DNA from: a virus
IMG/VR virus record: IMGVR_UViG_3300013102_000030
Location: 1-64,000 of that record
DNA length: 64,000 nt
Strand: one strand, 5' to 3'
Under the pieces are notes generated by a model. The model was not told the origin of the DNA. It saw only the letters and a list, made by a program, of their open reading frames with translations, and did not search any database. Position numbers and translations under genes: made by a program. Below, piece by piece: positions 52,001 through 63,700 of this stretch; the first letter of the stretch is position 1, and each line of letters starts with the position of its first letter.

Positions 52001-54823
52001 ATTGCTGTTGCTGCCAGCATACAGGCTGGTGTTATGGCTGACAAGTTCAAGAACGCTGCTGAACGAATCGGTGGAAACATCTCAGCCGCGTTCCGTAACG
52101 CTGGTGCAGATCTCTCCAACGTAGCCTCCAACATGACAGCATCACTGGGCCGTGGGTTCTCCGGAATGGGAACGTTCGCGTCCAACGCTGCATCACAGGT
52201 CACCGACACCATGCGTCGTGCTGGCTCCGCTGTCGCTGAAAATTTCAAGCCTGCTGTCGAAGCGGTCAAGGGACACTTCTCCGGAATCGCCTCTGCGGTT
52301 CGAATCGCTGCTGCCCCTATTGCAGACCTTGGAAGGTCCGCTGGGACTGCTGCTGGCGCTGTAGGACAGCTAGCCGGTGCTACCGCAAAGTGGGCCGGTA
52401 GCGGCCTCCTGAGCGCTCTTGGTGGTGGCTGGGGTCTGGCAATTGCCGGAGCTACAGCCGCGATTACTGCCATTGCTGATGCACAGGCAAAGTCCAAGGC
52501 CCGTATCGATGCGTTCTCGGATTCTCTGGACAAGCAGACCGGTAAGATGACTGGTCTGACCAAGAGCCTGATGCTGAAGTCACTCTTTGACGGCAACACT
52601 GATGCTTGGGATGACTTTGTTCGTGGCTTCGTCCAGAGGTCAAAGTCTGTTACTGAGACTCTTAGTGACCTCAAGGTGGACACCAAGAAGTACTATGACA
52701 CCATGTCTGATCCCGGTGCCCGTGATAAGTACCTCAAGGGTATGGGAGAGGTTATCAATAACCTCAGGACCGGTAAGCAGACTTCCAAGGAGCTTGCCGA
52801 ATCCCTAGACATGAGTGCAGACGCGCTCACGGGTCTAAGCATCAAAGATGCTAACGGAATGGCTAACTCTCTTGAGCACGCGAAGACCAAGGCCGAAGAT
52901 ATGGCTAAGGAACTTCAGAGGGCTGAAGAGCAGACTAAGCTGGTAGCAAAGGTGACTGGAGTCAACTCTGCTGAAGCTGCTATTCTGTCCAAGAACTATG
53001 ACATCCTCGCAAGCTCTACCAGCAGTGTATCAGACAAGTTCAGTGCACTCAAGGAGAACATGCGTCTTGTCGGTTCCGATCAGGAGAAGGCAAACCTCGG
53101 ACAGAAGGGTTACCAGCAGTCTCTGCGCGACACCAAGAGCCGTATCGAAGACATCGTAAAGGCCAACGAAGGAATCCTCCTTCCAAGCCTCTTTGAGGTT
53201 GGTAAGGGCTTTGACTTCACCAAGCAGGCCGGTGCGGATCTGCACTCTGCTCTTGAGATTCAGGTTGACGGTATTCAGCAGCTTGGCGCTGAGGCTATCA
53301 ACAAGGCTCTTGCAGAAGGCAAGAAGGGTGAAGAGGTCCAGAGGGCCGCGCTGACTGCAATGCAGCCTGCCATCGACGCTCTGCGCCAGAACCTGAAGGA
53401 TCTCGGATTCAACCCCGAGCAGATTCAGGGGATCATCGACACCTTCAACTTGGTTCCTAAGGATATCAAGTCTTCTATCTCGGTGCAAGGTGCTGAAGAG
53501 GCCATGCGTCAGGTCGGTGCGCTCAAGATTGCTACTGACCTGTTCGTAAAGGGTGACTACGAAGCCACCCTGAAGGTTCTTCCGGATCAGGCTAAGGCTG
53601 CTATCGAGAAGGCCACAGGTATTGCCAACGGCTTCAAGGATGGCAAGTACGAAGCCATGCTGAAGGTGCTTGACTCTACTGAGGGTGGACGTACAGCCGC
53701 TCTTGCTAAGCTTATGACGGTGGTTGACGGAAAGTACGATGCTGAACTTACAGCATTGAACCTTACCGGACCAGAGGTTGAAGCTGCCAAGAAGGCCGGA
53801 GACGACTTCGGTAAGCAGACCTTCACTTCCAAGATGGACTCAGATAACGCTGCGTTCCTTGACGCTAAGAAGAAGGCTGATGAGGAAGGACGACTGTTCT
53901 CTGAGGTCACCTACTCCTCCAAGATGGCGGCAGATTACTCGCTGTTCACGCAAGCCAAGGGTGCAGCAGACGCAGCGGGTCAAGGATTCCAAGGAACGAC
54001 CTACACATCCAAAATGGACTCCGACACTGCTGCCTTTGAACGACAGAAGGCCATTGCCAACGCAGGCGGTAACGTCTTCGCGGGCACAAACTTCAAGTCA
54101 ACCATTGACGCGAACAATAGCCCCTTCATGGCTGTCCACAACAACGCAACCATCACAGGTACCACGTTCGGCCAGAAGACATTCAAGACCAACCTTGATG
54201 CAAATGATAATGCATCTAGGAAGATCGACAATGTTGATAGCAAGAAGATCGGTGACAAGTCCTTCAACATCTTTGCTTTCATTGATGACAACGTGAGGAA
54301 CATTGCCCGTGGTCTTGGAATCCAGCTTGCACATGGTGGTATCATTAATGGAGCAGGAGTTCAGACTTACGCTAACGGTGGCATCACGCTTCCTAAGGTG
54401 AATGCATACGCTGGCGGTGGATTTGAGAACCACGTAGCTCAGATCTCTCGCGGACAGACTCCGTTTAGAGTGTGGAGTGAGCCGGAGACCGGTGGCGAGG
54501 CATACATTCCTTTGGGCAAGATGAAGCGCCCCCGCTCGCTGAAGATTCTCGATGAGGTAGCCGATATGTTCGGATTCACTCTTGTCAAGAAGCTTTCGTT
54601 TGCTAGCGGTGGAATCATGAAGTCGGTTCAGCCTAACACATCTTCACCGTTCAGCGCAAGGGCTAAGTCTGAGGCATACGTCATGTCCGCACCAGCTACT
54701 CCTGCATCGGGAACGGCAACCATCGTAAACTACAACGTCCACCCGTCACAGGGACTCGATGAGAAGCAGATCGCAAAGGCTTCCATGGATGAACTGTACT
54801 GGAGACTTTCCACTAGTATTTAG
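49067..54823 (+). CDS. tape measure protein
   Basis: 1918 aa Ala/Gly-rich helical; IGSAYVDI N-terminus; EPETGGEAYIPL C-terminus. Confidence 0.92.
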   Translation: MAIIGSAYVDIRALDRNLQRDIDDAMKKVKDPIIEIKAEVDLEPVRRKIAELRAELKKNPLKVAVEVDDSHVVDKLAEAHQLYEDNPLHSVATADTSQMHTALQAVRETYREMPSTVTANANTARAEAQLSVLSRRRRVSIIPDIEIPEDFQQAFRGIGYSIMGAIPADKVRASITGILANFESLLLTGAKVATMFGSIAASALTASANVLTVGADVTKVVGLLSVAPAVMSAFGVGVASMVMGWKDFAGALDEDPKKASKALAKLPKEAQAAALSLKGLGSELRKSSQAEFWKTMGTSIQDFMKPAFDRIKEGFQGSSRESAKFVTGALKSFQEFAEKGNLDVVFGNINKGLAAASGAAKPFFDALGTITLVGSKHLERYGTNLTNLATKFDAWATRVSQSGEMNTWITQAEANMKNLWSITTSAVDVFEGLSHAAAKAGGKSLADLNNGMKNFAGLINSEPFQTKLVTVLEGARAGTQALSEGFKDIKDVVSKGSVALSGFLHLAGQVGGKLSSNIAAMFDGTDLGAGIINAMAGARKAMEDMKPAFKDVGKIIGDIGDIAGVLFVNMAPGFVKLTSTLQQVIEALKDGIMDVIPVFNIFIQNILEVIAPIVVGVAKAVGGLLEGFAALPEVLRNVIMGFGLFLAVLKFLDRPLKNSVSPLQKMKDGITNLRDSLSQKWNTNPSLGAVRTAFSGLAGSASVAVGAVGNAFRQMAWMTQHTAAAIGEGFKKSFSQLGDQMKKLAAPAKEFASMMRAAMGEALFPQEVRDGFRQVGSKLMEVARIYTGYFTAAKDKIAAIGKSIASVFPASLLGPALKALPGEVAKTLAYAGQKVADGIANVAKTIAGPAVGYAMQKMKDVISTQALYASKHLESIGNGIGAAVNAIKAAPAAIASAVGSMAAKAGAAFNTIREGMAKAFNAGVLAAAVHPLTAPFVTMADAALTGAKTALGHVQNMAKNIGSAINTMTVPARAAFSSIAVAASIQAGVMADKFKNAAERIGGNISAAFRNAGADLSNVASNMTASLGRGFSGMGTFASNAASQVTDTMRRAGSAVAENFKPAVEAVKGHFSGIASAVRIAAAPIADLGRSAGTAAGAVGQLAGATAKWAGSGLLSALGGGWGLAIAGATAAITAIADAQAKSKARIDAFSDSLDKQTGKMTGLTKSLMLKSLFDGNTDAWDDFVRGFVQRSKSVTETLSDLKVDTKKYYDTMSDPGARDKYLKGMGEVINNLRTGKQTSKELAESLDMSADALTGLSIKDANGMANSLEHAKTKAEDMAKELQRAEEQTKLVAKVTGVNSAEAAILSKNYDILASSTSSVSDKFSALKENMRLVGSDQEKANLGQKGYQQSLRDTKSRIEDIVKANEGILLPSLFEVGKGFDFTKQAGADLHSALEIQVDGIQQLGAEAINKALAEGKKGEEVQRAALTAMQPAIDALRQNLKDLGFNPEQIQGIIDTFNLVPKDIKSSISVQGAEEAMRQVGALKIATDLFVKGDYEATLKVLPDQAKAAIEKATGIANGFKDGKYEAMLKVLDSTEGGRTAALAKLMTVVDGKYDAELTALNLTGPEVEAAKKAGDDFGKQTFTSKMDSDNAAFLDAKKKADEEGRLFSEVTYSSKMAADYSLFTQAKGAADAAGQGFQGTTYTSKMDSDTAAFERQKAIANAGGNVFAGTNFKSTIDANNSPFMAVHNNATITGTTFGQKTFKTNLDANDNASRKIDNVDSKKIGDKSFNIFAFIDDNVRNIARGLGIQLAHGGIINGAGVQTYANGGITLPKVNAYAGGGFENHVAQISRGQTPFRVWSEPETGGEAYIPLGKMKRPRSLKILDEVADMFGFTLVKKLSFASGGIMKSVQPNTSSPFSARAKSEAYVMSAPATPASGTATIVNYNVHPSQGLDEKQIAKASMDELYWRLSTSI

Positions 54824-54831
54824 GCTAAGCA

Positions 54832-55698
54832 ATGTATTTGAAAAATGACAGAATCGTAGTGACGCTCAATGATAAGCTGCTGTTCAAATCCTATAAATCA
54901 GCCGAGCAGGCTGGTCAATACATTCTAGACCCTACCGCTCTGACGGGATGGGACGACGGATCAGCTACCAGAAGGTCAGCTACCGCCCGTCCCGTCAGTA
55001 ACGGTGACTTTGTGGAACCTCACACCATTGCTGCCCGTCTGATTGCCATCTCAGGAACTGCGGTGGCAACCAGTCGCGGAGAGCTTCAGCGCATGAGGGA
55101 CAACCTCATGGGGATGTTCGGTGAAAGGGACTATGTCTCAATCAAGGTGGAGACGGGTGCGTCTACACGATATTCTACGGTAGGTCCCGAGAACACACCA
55201 TCATGGGTACAGCTAGGGGATACCTTCGCTGCCTTCAGAATGGAACTGTACGCCCCTAACCCCTTCATTTATGGAGAGGAGAGGAGGGCTACCCTTGGTG
55301 CGACAACAAGCGCTGGCGGTGGTCTGAAGTATACCTTGACATACCCTCTGAACTACAATCCTCTGGATGTTTCTGTCTACGCCCCGCAGATTGTCAACAA
55401 CGGAAACACTCCTTCGTGGCCCAAGTTTATTGTGACTGGTGACTACACTGCTGGATTCACAATCACCGATGGATGGGACAAGAAGGTCACATACACAGGT
55501 GCTGTTACTCGTAGCTCTCCGGTAGAGATCGATATGGAGCGAGGAGTCGCACTTCAGAACGGTAACGACCGATCCGTGTACCTCTCAGATCGCCAGTGGT
55601 TCTCCATTCCGGCACAGGATTCACTTCTCCCACAGTTCAAGCCCACACAGGCCGCTTCAGGCTGGTGTGATATAATTTATAGAGATACTTTTATCTAG
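54832..55698 (+). CDS. distal tail (Dit-like) minor tail protein
   Basis: L.GWD; AP.P..YG; N.GN.PSWP; directly after TMP. Confidence 0.75.
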   Translation: MYLKNDRIVVTLNDKLLFKSYKSAEQAGQYILDPTALTGWDDGSATRRSATARPVSNGDFVEPHTIAARLIAISGTAVATSRGELQRMRDNLMGMFGERDYVSIKVETGASTRYSTVGPENTPSWVQLGDTFAAFRMELYAPNPFIYGEERRATLGATTSAGGGLKYTLTYPLNYNPLDVSVYAPQIVNNGNTPSWPKFIVTGDYTAGFTITDGWDKKVTYTGAVTRSSPVEIDMERGVALQNGNDRSVYLSDRQWFSIPAQDSLLPQFKPTQAASGWCDIIYRDTFI

Positions 55699-55716
55699 AA
55701 AAACGAGGAATGACAT

Positions 55717-56625
55717 ATGACTTCAGGTTGGGGCGTTGATGCCACACTAAACCAAAGCGGCGGTGTAACATCTGGAACTACATCCGCAGATGTTCGTAGA
55801 GTCTGGGGCGGACTCTACTCTAAAGGAGTTATCAGCGGACTGACAGTCACACGCAGCGCAAACTCCATGCAGTACACTGTATCATCCGGTGTCGCTGCTG
55901 TTCCTATGGCTACAGGTGAGATCGTCATGGTCCCTGTTGATCAGACCACTGTAACCGCTCAGTCTGCTCCCGCTTCAGGTAGCCGTCTTGACGTAATCTA
56001 CGTTCAGCAGAGGACTCCGGCAAACGGTGACTCCAACGTCCTTGTTGGTGTTCTTGCCTTCCCAAACAAGGACTCGGTCATTCTTCCCGCGAACTCTCTG
56101 GAGATCGACCGATACACTACATCTGCTGGACAGATCAGCACAAATGCGTCTGTCCGTTACGGCAACACTGCTTATTCTATCCCATACGGTGGTACTTTGG
56201 GAAATCTGCACTACTGGCAGAACAAGTACGATGGTGATCTCTCCAACAACCTGCTCCGTGAGGGGTACGGAACGTTCTGGCTTCCAACAGACCGCAGAGT
56301 CCGATTCCAGTACAGTGTAGTCCTGAGTGCACGAAATGCTGCTGGATTCGATCAGGGTAGGTACTGTGAGTACGGCTATCTCTTCAGGTCAGAAGAACTC
56401 GGTGGAGACTTCGTCCTACACACCACTCCGGGACTTCACCAAGCATGGTCAACCTATCAGTTCGAATCCACCACAATTCTCCCGCAGGGATGGAACACCG
56501 TCTCAATCGGTGGCCTGCGAATCGTTGGTCCGGGAACTGCATGGCAGCACTACGGAACTGATACACAAGGCTTTGGCCGTCGTGGTGGGGAATTCATGGT
56601 AGATGACCTTGGACCGGCTGAATAA
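55717..56625 (+). CDS. minor tail protein
   Basis: GL.V......YTV.SG.A; AP.SGSR.D.IY. Confidence 0.7.
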   Translation: MTSGWGVDATLNQSGGVTSGTTSADVRRVWGGLYSKGVISGLTVTRSANSMQYTVSSGVAAVPMATGEIVMVPVDQTTVTAQSAPASGSRLDVIYVQQRTPANGDSNVLVGVLAFPNKDSVILPANSLEIDRYTTSAGQISTNASVRYGNTAYSIPYGGTLGNLHYWQNKYDGDLSNNLLREGYGTFWLPTDRRVRFQYSVVLSARNAAGFDQGRYCEYGYLFRSEELGGDFVLHTTPGLHQAWSTYQFESTTILPQGWNTVSIGGLRIVGPGTAWQHYGTDTQGFGRRGGEFMVDDLGPAE

Positions 56626-57740
56626 TGTGGTCGGCCTATCTTTTCAAGATGACGACAGGCCAGATTGGACCAAGGCTCGCCTTTGAGTCCATGGACTGGT
56701 CCATTGAACTCAATGGAACCGAATCCATCAATATGAGGCTCCGAAAGAGTGAGCTTCCGGATTCTGACCTCAACTACTGGCTTTCCCCATGGTGGGCAGG
56801 AATCGTCCTCATGTGGGACGACAAACCAGTAGTTGGTGGTCCCATCCTAGCACGTCCCTCTGAAACTTTCGACTTTGTCACCATCTCGTGCGGAGGAATC
56901 CGATCCATCCTTGCCAAGCGGCAGATGTTCCCTGACTACAGGGAAAACTGGGATCAGATTTCGAAAGAGTATATCCATTTCTACAATGAATCCCTTGGAA
57001 GCATTGCCAGAAAGGTCGTCCGCATGGGCCTTCAGAGGCGCAGCGGCGGTCCACTTCCAATCAGCTACCCACAACCAGATGTGGTCGGAGGGCACGAAAG
57101 AACCTACCAAGGATTCAACGTTGCCAACACAAATATCGATGACGTTCTGACCAAGCTCTCCAACGTCATCGATGGACCTGATATAATGTTTAAACCAAGG
57201 ATTTTGCGTCCGGGGATGTTGACATTTGATATGTGGACCGGCACAGATGCGGAACCACGAATTGCTCAGAGGTTCACTCCGGTCTGGGATACTACCCCTG
57301 AAAAGGGATCAGTTTCGGATATGAACGTGATCACCACCGGAACCTACCAAACCAGCCGTGTTTACGCGATTGGTACAGGTCAGGATGAAGGGACGATGAT
57401 CAAGGTTGCTGAAGATTTCCGATACACCAGTCAGGATTATCCGATGCTTGAGACCTCCTTCAGTGACGGAGGAAGCAGCGAGAACCCAGATGTTGTCTGG
57501 AGTCACGCTAAAGCTAACCTAGACGCAAACATCGGTCCACTGAGAGAGATCCAGATGACTGTCCGTGGTGACACAGAGATTCCGTTTGGAGAGTTCTGGC
57601 CGGGAGATCTCGTAGAAGTAATTACAAAGGGATGGATCACCCTCCCTGATGGGAAGACTCAGATGAGACTTCTCAGCCTGACTGGGGATCACACAGCAAA
57701 CGTGAAGGTTAGCCTCCAAGAAGAGGCTAGATTCGCATAA
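56625..57740 (+). CDS. minor tail (hub/Tal-like) protein
   Basis: WS.ELN; L.PW..G.VL.WD; GGPI; L.KLSNVIDGPDI.F.P. Confidence 0.75.
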   Translation: MWSAYLFKMTTGQIGPRLAFESMDWSIELNGTESINMRLRKSELPDSDLNYWLSPWWAGIVLMWDDKPVVGGPILARPSETFDFVTISCGGIRSILAKRQMFPDYRENWDQISKEYIHFYNESLGSIARKVVRMGLQRRSGGPLPISYPQPDVVGGHERTYQGFNVANTNIDDVLTKLSNVIDGPDIMFKPRILRPGMLTFDMWTGTDAEPRIAQRFTPVWDTTPEKGSVSDMNVITTGTYQTSRVYAIGTGQDEGTMIKVAEDFRYTSQDYPMLETSFSDGGSSENPDVVWSHAKANLDANIGPLREIQMTVRGDTEIPFGEFWPGDLVEVITKGWITLPDGKTQMRLLSLTGDHTANVKVSLQEEARFA

Positions 57741-57758
57741 ACGACACATGAGGCAGTA

Positions 57759-60700
57759 ATGGAAGTAAGACGCATTGGACCTGAGACGGGACTTGTCCGC
57801 GAACTCAAGGATCTCCGCAAGAGAATCCAAACACAAGAGACCCGCCCAGCGGGTAAGCAGGTCATCCGCGAGACGCTGACGACTGTAGATCCCGATACTG
57901 GGGTCAAGACCATCTTCGGTGAACTTCCTGATGGTTCCTTTGGCATCCAGCCATTTGTCTACGACATCACTCCTCCTCCTGTAGCCACGACTCCCATTGT
58001 GTCTGCAAAGCCGGGAGTCATTTCTGTGTCTTGGGATGGTCTCTTCGCCAATAACGGAGAGCTCCCCCGAGACTTCGAATGTGTGAACATCATCGGCCAC
58101 AAGATGAATGGTACCACAACTGTCTCCTCCAAGCCAGTCGGTACCATTCGTCGTCCCCTTGACTTCACCTACCTTCAGCAGGACGTTATCCCTGTCGGTG
58201 AGACATGGCAGTTCTCTCTTGAGGCTGAGGACTACAACGGAAACCTAGCACAGTGGAGCGCTAGAAGCGCCTCTGTGACCATGGAATCGGTTGTGTCGGA
58301 TGCTGGGGTCAATGCTGCTCTGGAAGCCCTTCAGGATGCCACAGACACCGCCCAGCAGGCCGCTGACACTGCTCAGGGTGCTGCAAATACTGCCCAGCAA
58401 GCCGCTGACGATGCTGCACAGGCTGCAAGTGACGCGGCTGGTATTGCTGCGTCCAAGTCCAAGGTACTTATCCAGTCAACTGCACCTGCTGCTGCCGACC
58501 AGAACGCCAACGTCCTGTGGATCGACACCACCAACGGAGGCAACACCCCTAAGCGCTGGAGCAACAACGCATGGGTAGTTGTCACTGACAAAGTTGCAAC
58601 GGATGCTGCTGCTGCGGCTGCTGCTGCCCAGTCCAAGGCTGACACTGCTTTCAACAATGCTGCTTCGGCTGCTCAGGCTGCTGGTAATGCACAGACAACT
58701 GCTGACGGCAAGAACTCTTCATACTACCTGCCATCTGCTCCTGCTGGAACTGGCTTCAAGGTTGGTGACCAGTGGTTCGACACTGCCAACAACTATAGAC
58801 TAAAGGTTTGGAGCGGAAGCGCATGGGTTACGGCTCAGGACGCATTCCTTGCTCAGCAGACCGCTGACTCCAAGTCACTTGTCTACACTCAGGCAACTGT
58901 TCCTCCGGTTTCGGCCCGTCTCGCTACCACTGTATGGTACGACACTTCTCTTGGCCTTGATAAGGTTGTTCAGAAGTACTGGGACAGCGCTTCAAGCTCT
59001 TGGAAGCCTCTTGCTGACAAGACTGCCACGGATGCCGCTGCCGTCGCTGACTCCAAGGGCGAGACCATCTACTCAGACACTGAGCCTGCTGCGGCCAAGC
59101 GCCTCCCACAGAACACATGGGTTGACACCACTGGCGGCATCAACATTGTCAAGCGCTGGGACGGAAACGCATGGGTTGTAGCTGCTGACTCCCGTATTGC
59201 CTCTACTGCTACTGCGGTAACCGCTGCCCAAAAGTCAGCCGATGACGCTGCTGCATCTGCCGCAGCCAAGAGCGTTGTCTACACTCAGTCGGTCACTCCC
59301 CCTGTCTCTGCACGTCTTCCTCAGACTGTCTGGAATGACACCAGCCTAGGTCTAAACAACGTTGTTGTCAAGTACTGGGACGGAAACGCTTGGACCGCAA
59401 TGGCGGACAAGGTTGCCACTGACGCTGCTGCTGTCGCTGCCGCAAAGACCAAGACCTACTTCCAGCCTAACCAGCCATCCAACACAGGCAACACCACAGG
59501 TGATCTCTGGTTTGATACAGATGACCTGAACAAGCCGTACGTATGGAACGGATCTGCATGGACTCTAGCACAGGATGCTACAGTCAACAAGTCCCTGTTC
59601 AGCACTTTTGCAACGGACATCGACAACACCAAGCCCAACAAGTGGATGTTCACTCGGTACAACAAGACCATGCCGAGCAACACCACTGTTCCGACGTACC
59701 TTGATATCGCTGGTCTCGCCGGAACATCTACACTTGTAGATGACGGAACCAACCTTGTCAACACCGTTGGTGACAACTACGTTGGGCAGCTTCGCACCAT
59801 TGTATACCTCTCTGCGGGTAAGACAATTGCCGTCACTGCTACACACGATGACGCTGCTCAGATCCTCGTGGACGGCACTACTGTCTACTCTAAGGGTGCA
59901 TACACTCAGAACTCCCCCATCAGCTTCACAATGTCCGCTGGATGGCACGTACTGGATCTTCTCTGGACTGAGATCACAGGTGGAGATGGTTGGTTCGCAA
60001 TCTCTCCAACCTTCTCATCTCAGGTCACCAACATGTATGCTCCGGTGGCCCTGTCATCCCTCTCTGCTGCGGTAACTGCTGCCCAGAGTTCAGCAGACAC
60101 AGCTATGGCCGCACAGTCCTACTCTCTGAACGCCAGCTTTGATGACTGGACAGCGACTTACCCAACCGGATACAATTTCTGGTCAGGTACAGCAGTCAAG
60201 GAAACTTCCATTGTCCGTCGTGCACCTTATGCACTTCGTTTCAACGTAGCAGATGCCACCGCCCAACACGGTGTATCTTTCAGCAGCATCCTTAGCCATG
60301 CTCCAAACCTTGAGTACTTCACAGTAGAGATTGACCTCTACCTTGTATCTGGTACTCTTGATGGATCAGGTATGATTCTTGACTGGTCTGGAGCCGGTGC
60401 ATCCAATAACCGTACCCAGATCAACTTTGTCAGTGCCATCACTTCCCCGGTTACCGGAAAGTGGTACAGGGTTCAGCAGGTGCTTCGCCGTCCTGCGAAC
60501 TTCACCGGTACATGGACAAACATGTCTGGATACCTCATGGGCCAGTGGTCAGGTCACGGTACTGGTGCTGCTAAGAACATCATCTTTGACTGGTTCAACA
60601 TCCGTCCGTCCTCCGTGGAAGAAATCCTTGCCTTCGGAGCACCAGCAGATGCACAGGCCAAGGCTACTGCCGCCCAGACTGCTGCTATTAGTGCTGCCGC

Positions 60701-63700
60701 AACAGATGCTACCAGCAAGGCGAACCAAGCCAAGGCTGATGCTATCGCCTCTGCCGCGTCTGATGCTACTGTAAAGTCCGACAACGCCAAGATCTCAGCG
60801 ATCAGCGTTGCTGCTACCGCCGCACAGGCTAAAGCGGATGCTGCTCAAGCTGCTGCTATCTCCGCTGCTGCCACTGACGCTACCAACAAGGCTAACACGG
60901 CTCAGCAAGCCGCAATTGACGCGTCTCAGGTAAAGATTGATCAGGTTTGGGCTGCTGCTCGATCCTACATCAACCCTGCCACAAGCACAACCGGTATTGT
61001 TGCCAAGCAGGGGCCTATCCCTAGTGTCGTGACCTCCGTCAGCGCCATGGGTGGCAAGGCTCTTCAGAAGAGCGGCGGAGTCAGCGGTTGGTGGGAAGAT
61101 ACTAACGGAAAGCAGGCATACGATCCTACAGCGGTCTACCGTTTCAGCACCCGAATTCGTGTCACGTCTCCGTCTGTATCTACCGCTGGTGGTGGATTCT
61201 ACTGGGGCCTCGTAGGTCTTGCAGATGACAAGACAACTTACGTCAACACATCGGGAGCCAACTCCTACAGCAGCCAGCAATGGGTAACGCAGAACGCTAA
61301 GCCTGCCACAACTGGTGACTGGGTTGATTACGTAGTCTACTACAAGGGTGTCTCTACAGGCAACCCAACCGGAGCCGGAACTGTTCTGGACCCTCGCACG
61401 GTTCAGGCAAATACCAAATACTTCATGCCCGGAATGATCCTAGACTACGCCAACGGTACTGGAACATGGGAAATCTCCCACTGGTCCGTTGATGTCATCG
61501 ATCAGGCTGGATACCAAGCTCTCGTAGACGCTGCCAAGGCAAAGACTGATGCCATTGCTGCCGCTGCTGCTGACGCTACAACAAAGGCTAACGCTGCCCA
61601 ACAAGCAGCAATCACTGCTGCTGCTACAGACGCTGCAAACAAGGCTTCAGCGGCCCAGCAAGCGGCCATTGATGCTGCTGCCGCTGACGCTGCTGCTAAG
61701 GCCGCACAAGCCCAGCAGGCGGCTATTGATGCTGCCGCTCTGGATGCACAGGCTAAGGCCGATGCTGCTGAGCAGGCTGCTATTGATGCTGCCGCCATTG
61801 AGGCTCAGCTAAAGGCTGACGGAGCCGAACAGGCTGCTATTGATGCTGCTGCAACTGATGCTGCTGCCAAGGCTGCTGCCGCGCAACAGGCCGCTATTGA
61901 TGCTGCTGCACTGGATGCAACTGCTAAGGCCACACAGGCTAAGACAGACGCGATCACGGCTGCTGCAACGGATGCTCAGACTCGCGCTACACAGGCTAAG
62001 GCTGATGCTATCTCTGCTGCGGCACTGGATGCAACTGCTAAGGCTGACGCGGCTCAGATGGCTGCTATTCAGGCGCAGGCTTACCAGCTAAACCCATCGT
62101 TTGAAGACTGGACCGGAACCATTCCGGCCAGCTACACAACATTCGTCACCAACCCGACAAAGGAAACCACAACTGTACGTACAGGCAAGTACGCTGTACG
62201 CTTCAACTGCACAGATACTACCACACAGCGAGGACTTCAGTTCAACGCTGCGCTGGCGCACGCCCCTTACTTTGAATACCTGACCGTAGAGCTTGATGTC
62301 CGTCTTGACTCAGGATCTTCCTTCGGCGGTGCCGGTGTCCTCGTAGACTGGGGAGGCATGACCGGTGGAAACCGTGCCACGATCTCTCTTGCCACGGAAA
62401 TCCCTGCACCTGTTGTCGGTAGATGGTACCGCATGGTCAAGGTCATCCGCAAGCCTGCTACGGCTACCGGTACCTTCACCAGCTACTCCGCATGGCTCAT
62501 GGGTCAGTACGGAACCGGTATGGGAACTCAGGCAGTCAAGAACGTCATCTTTGATTGGATCAACGTACGCCCTGCTACAACTGAAGAAATCACTGCTTAC
62601 GGAACCCCTGCAAGCATTCAGTCCCTATCCGATGTCGTCAGTACCAAGACCAAGTCTTGGTACCAGCCGGGTCAACCTCCGCTTACCGGAAACACAACTG
62701 GTGACCTGTGGTTTGACACTGATGACAACAACAAGGTCTATATCTGGAACGGCACTTGGGCTGTCGCTTCTGACCAACGTATCGAGTCCCTGAACACTTC
62801 TGTTTCTTCCATTCAGACAACTGCAAATGGCAAGAACAAGGTGATCTACTCCACCAGTGCTGCATCCGGAACAACCGGATACGTGGCTGGTGATACATGG
62901 TTCCAGCGTGACGCTTCCAACAATATCATTGGTCAATGGGAATTCACAACCTCATGGCAGGTCCGCAAGCTGGATGACGCTATGGTTGCGAACCTCAACG
63001 CTGCCAAGATCATTGCTGGTACACTGGATGCTCAGCGTATCGGTGCAAACAGTCTTTCTGCTGGTAAGCTCATGGTTTCGGATATGGAAGAGCTTATTCC
63101 TAACCCGTTCTTCCACCCTAACGGTGAGCCAGTTCAGGCTGCTGCCGGTACAGTCGTCTCAACTGCTTCCTCTGAGGTCTCTGCGGGTGCTCCTTACCCA
63201 TACGCTATCAAAATCTCAGCACGAGATAACCATCCGTTTGCTACGCCTAACATTGCTGTGCGCCCCGGTGATCAGTTCTACATGGAGGCGTGGGTTTGTG
63301 CAGCACCGACAACTACCCGTCAGTTCAATTTCTACATCTTCGGATCAAGTGTACCGGTTGGTAGCCTCTCTGCCAAGTTCGCTTCCGGACAGGCTGTAAC
63401 TGGAACATGGGTCAAGAAGACCTACTCCTTTACTGTACCACTGAACGCAACCTACACCTACATCAAGCCTGTCCTTCAGGTTGAGACTATTGGTGGAGAT
63501 ACTTCCGACAAGTGGGTTTGGTACGTCACCGGCTGGTCTATGCGTCGAAAGAACACCGGAGAGCTTATTGTTGACGGTGCTATCAAGGCCGGATCTGCTA
63601 TCATTGATAACCTCGCGGTTAGCAATGCCCAGATTGCTGACCTTGCCATCAGCACTGCCAAGATTCAGATCCTCGCGGTAAAGACTGCTCAGATTGATGA

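Noticed and set aside
60120-62600. Diversity-generating retroelement TR/VR pair
   Set aside because: Both copies are in-frame coding and widely diverged, not adenine-specific, and no reverse transcriptase is seen.
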